DNA of 40,147 nucleotides from Thermoproteota archaeon (GTDB lineage Archaea; Korarchaeota; Korarchaeia; Korarchaeales; Korarchaeaceae): NCBI GenBank assembly GCA_027491415.1, contig JAOZFH010000020.1, positions 1 to 40,147 of the forward strand, read 5' to 3'. Shown piece by piece: positions 37,580 to 40,147 of this stretch (position 1 is its first letter; each line of letters starts with the position of its first letter). The notes under the pieces were generated by a model. It saw only the letters and a program-made list of their open reading frames with translations, ran no database searches and was not told where the DNA came from. The position numbers and the translations under genes were made by a program.

Positions 37580-38368
37580 CTAAACCATGCGCAGGGCGAG
37601 CCATGACCCCAACAGGGCCAAGGGGATCGTCGGCACCAGGAACCAAGGTGAGCCCAGCAGGGAGTCGAACGGGACGGCCAGGGCGATTGAGATGAGCGCC
37701 AGCGCCCTCTCGGGCCAGGTGGTCCGGACCTTCAGCCTGGACGCCGTCGGCAGGAACACGACCCTCCTCGCTGACTCGTGGATGTAGTAGGCCCTGAGGC
37801 CGCTCTCCGCCGCCAGCACCGAGAGGGCGGCCACCTCGGCCTTGAAGCCGCCCGTCAGGTTGAGGACAACGTCGCCGAACCTGTCCACCAGCGACTTCAC
37901 CGCCGACCTGAGGTTCTCCAGCGCCGACTCGTAGTCCCCGGACTGGAACCCCCTAACGGTGTGCACCGACACCGCGAGGCCCCTCTCCCTGAGGAACCTG
38001 GCCAGGACCTCGGCCGTGAGGGTCCCGGACGCCGTGTCGGAGGCTATCAGGTGGACCTCCGAGATGAGGTCGGCCGCGCGGTCGAGGTCCGCTCCCCTCT
38101 CGGCCAGGTAGGCGCCGAGGGCATTCAGCTCGGCGCACGCCCGCCGAGGGTCTCGCTCGGCGTACTCGAGCAGGCGATCCTCCAGCCCCATCCTCGCCGA
38201 CCCGCCGAGGGACGAGACGGCCCGCTCAGTCGTCCTGGGATTTGTCATCTCCCTCACGACGGCCTCGTCGAGGCCAAGGTCCAGGGAGCCGGCCAGGTGG
38301 GCCCTGGCGGCGTTGGTCAGGAGGCTTACCCCGCAGGTCACCGCGTGAACCTCTCTCCCGGACGCCAT
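37580..38368 (-). CDS. APE2256/Crn1-like CARF protein with C-terminal transmembrane hairpin
   Basis: TCGVSLLTN, CAELNAL, LIASDT..G, NLTGGFKAE, YYIHE; then ALALISIALAVPF and WFLVPTIPLALLGSWLAL. Start refined to ATG 38368. Confidence 0.85.
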   Translation of the reverse strand: MASGREVHAVTCGVSLLTNAARAHLAGSLDLGLDEAVVREMTNPRTTERAVSSLGGSARMGLEDRLLEYAERDPRRACAELNALGAYLAERGADLDRAADLISEVHLIASDTASGTLTAEVLARFLRERGLAVSVHTVRGFQSGDYESALENLRSAVKSLVDRFGDVVLNLTGGFKAEVAALSVLAAESGLRAYYIHESARRVVFLPTASRLKVRTTWPERALALISIALAVPFDSLLGSPWFLVPTIPLALLGSWLALRMV

Positions 38369-38559
38369 CGCCGCGCCCGCCCTCGGCCTGATAAAACGCG
38401 ATCGGGTCGACCTTTCACCCGCCCCCGGTTCGGTGAAAAATCCCGCGGCGCGCCTTTTACCGACGACCCTGCCGGCGGCCTGAGGGGTCCCGAGTTGAGC
38501 GCGTCCGTGTTGGGGCCCGAGCGACGCCACCGTCCACCTCCCTCACCGTGGGCGTCGCC

Positions 38560-40147
38560 ATGAAGGGGACCAGGGAGGTGGCGTACGTCCTTAGGGACGG
38601 CGAGGTGGATCGCGGGATAGAGGTCGAGTCCTCGGCGGCGTTCGCCGCCGACGTGGTCCGCTCCGCCGTGGAGGGGGCAGACCCCAGGCTGCTCGTCTTC
38701 GCGCCGCACTCGCTGTGCGAGTCTGTCGAGCCGGGGACCCACGACCTCTCCGAGTTCGGCCTGCGATTCTCCGAGCAGCTCCTGGCTAAACTCGAGGAGA
38801 GCCGCGTCAGAATTCCCGAATCCGGGGTGGAGTGGGGGCTCCAGGAGTTCCTCAGGGATAGGCTGGGCGGGGGCTTCGACCTGGGGTCCGCGGTCAGGGT
38901 CGTGCCAATCGAGTCGGTGGGCAGGTTTCGACTGTCCGAGGGCGGGGAGAGGGTCAGGTTCCACGGTGAGCCGGCGTGGACGCTCCTCAGGATGATCTTG
39001 GCCATCGACGAGGAGCTCTCCTCGGCCGGGGGCCCGGCCGAGCTCAAGGTCGAGACGACCCACGGCCTCAACGTGTACATCCCAATCCTCCACTCGGCGG
39101 CGGAGGTTGCGGCAATGTCGCTCCGCGGCAGGGGCGTCGAGGTGGACCTGAGGCTCGTCAACTGGGAGCCGGCCATCGGCGGGCCCAGGAGGACCGGCGG
39201 GGAGCGCTCACCGTCGGCGGCCCCGGGCTCCAGGGGGGAGCCACCGGGCGGGTCCGACCCCCGGGACGGCTCAGACCTCACGGAGCTCGAGCAGCTCGCG
39301 GGGGTGGAGGAGGTGACGAAGGCCCTCGAGCTGGCGAGGAGCGCGCTGACCACGCTGGAACTCGGCGGAACCCCCATCCCGCTGGAGTTTCCGAGCCAGG
39401 GGGCGCCTGGGGACGGGTCTCCTTCCGGAGAAGTCCTGAGGACCTTGGCCGCCCTGGCCTGCGGCATGTCGGTCCCCGCGCTTCCGCTGATGCACGCCTC
39501 TCTGGTGAGGCTGAGGTCCCTGGCTTCCACGCCGCCCAGGTTGAAGGGGCTCAGAGACCTCAGGGTGACGTTCACGTACGAGGTGGGAAGGGGGGTGCGC
39601 TACAGGTATCAGACGGCGGACGGGGTCCTCATGTGCTCGCCGGCGGAGGGGTTCGCCTCCTACCTGAAGGTGGCCCTCTGGAGGATAGTCGAGAGGGAGG
39701 CCCTAGACCCGCCGGAGGACGAGGACAGGGAGGAGACAGAGGCCTACGCGGACCCGACCTCCGGCGCCGAGATCCGCCTGAGGCTGAGGCCGATGGGGCT
39801 CGGGTGGGTGGGGAGAGTCGCGCGGTTCTTCGAGTCCAGGGGGTGGGCGAGCCACCTGAGGACCCTCTGCATGGAGTTCGGGGGCCTGCTCTCCCACCAC
39901 TGCGACTGGATGAGGGTGGAGGGGAGCCAGACGGTGGGCGTCCGGTACGACGTGGCGGTGAAGGAGGCCGAGGGCTCCCCCGTGATCGTCCCGGAGAGGT
40001 ACAAGGATGGGAGGCTCCTGAGAGACTTCATCGACGCGGCCGAGCACGGCAGGCTCCCTAGTCACCAGGTCAGGCACTTCAGGGCGCACGCAGGCATGAT
40101 CCACGCCGTCGTTTACAGGGTGGACCTCGACGGAGGGGAGCCGAGGT
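38560..40147 (+). CDS. csx1: Csx1-like CARF-HEPN ribonuclease (type III ancillary), runs off the window end; exact start uncertain
   Basis: Open frame from ATG 38560 to the window end: FAPHSL, ETTHGLN (DxTHG motif), LVNWEP, and HEPN-like RHFRAHAG. Confidence 0.8.
   Translation, partial: MKGTREVAYVLRDGEVDRGIEVESSAAFAADVVRSAVEGADPRLLVFAPHSLCESVEPGTHDLSEFGLRFSEQLLAKLEESRVRIPESGVEWGLQEFLRDRLGGGFDLGSAVRVVPIESVGRFRLSEGGERVRFHGEPAWTLLRMILAIDEELSSAGGPAELKVETTHGLNVYIPILHSAAEVAAMSLRGRGVEVDLRLVNWEPAIGGPRRTGGERSPSAAPGSRGEPPGGSDPRDGSDLTELEQLAGVEEVTKALELARSALTTLELGGTPIPLEFPSQGAPGDGSPSGEVLRTLAALACGMSVPALPLMHASLVRLRSLASTPPRLKGLRDLRVTFTYEVGRGVRYRYQTADGVLMCSPAEGFASYLKVALWRIVEREALDPPEDEDREETEAYADPTSGAEIRLRLRPMGLGWVGRVARFFESRGWASHLRTLCMEFGGLLSHHCDWMRVEGSQTVGVRYDVAVKEAEGSPVIVPERYKDGRLLRDFIDAAEHGRLPSHQVRHFRAHAGMIHAVVYRVDLDGGEPR

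Overview
High-GC archaeal chromosomal segment, inferred from GGAGGTGA-type RBSs, TTTA(T/A)A-type TATA boxes, apparent leaderless genes, AGG/ATA codon use and archaeal gene families. 1-9 kb: housekeeping genes (SAM hydrolase, stomatin/NfeD, ThpR, SpeD, stand-alone Cas6, dephospho-CoA kinase-like NTPase, PflX-like radical SAM, endonuclease IV) and a structured RNA candidate upstream of pflX. 9.6-19 kb: Tat-exported PsrABC-type molybdoenzyme, a His-rich membrane protein, an ODP-like di-iron protein and a DUF438/hemerythrin/PAS protein. 19-21.5 kb: a patch of partly decayed toxin-antitoxin genes. The main discovery is a ~12 kb candidate RiPP biosynthetic cluster (23.6-35.6 kb). Five tandem 40-47 aa precursor ORFs, all missed by the ORF track, share a YxPPx(M/L) RRE-type leader motif and carry very hydrophobic Trp-rich cores, one gramicidin-like (WLWLWVY) and one darobactin-like (WLWVKVF). 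They are followed by an RRE-rSAM-SPASM enzyme, a GNAT, a second rSAM, PqqD/RRE and TldD/TldE. They are preceded by two ABC exporters, a PLDc_N-type small membrane protein and a divergent BlaI/BlaR-like pair whose putative operator recurs upstream of the precursors. The window ends with a CRISPR array (one spacer itself resembles an inverted CRISPR repeat), a CARF protein with C-terminal transmembrane helices and a partial Csx1. All family calls come from motif recognition by eye; no database searches were run.
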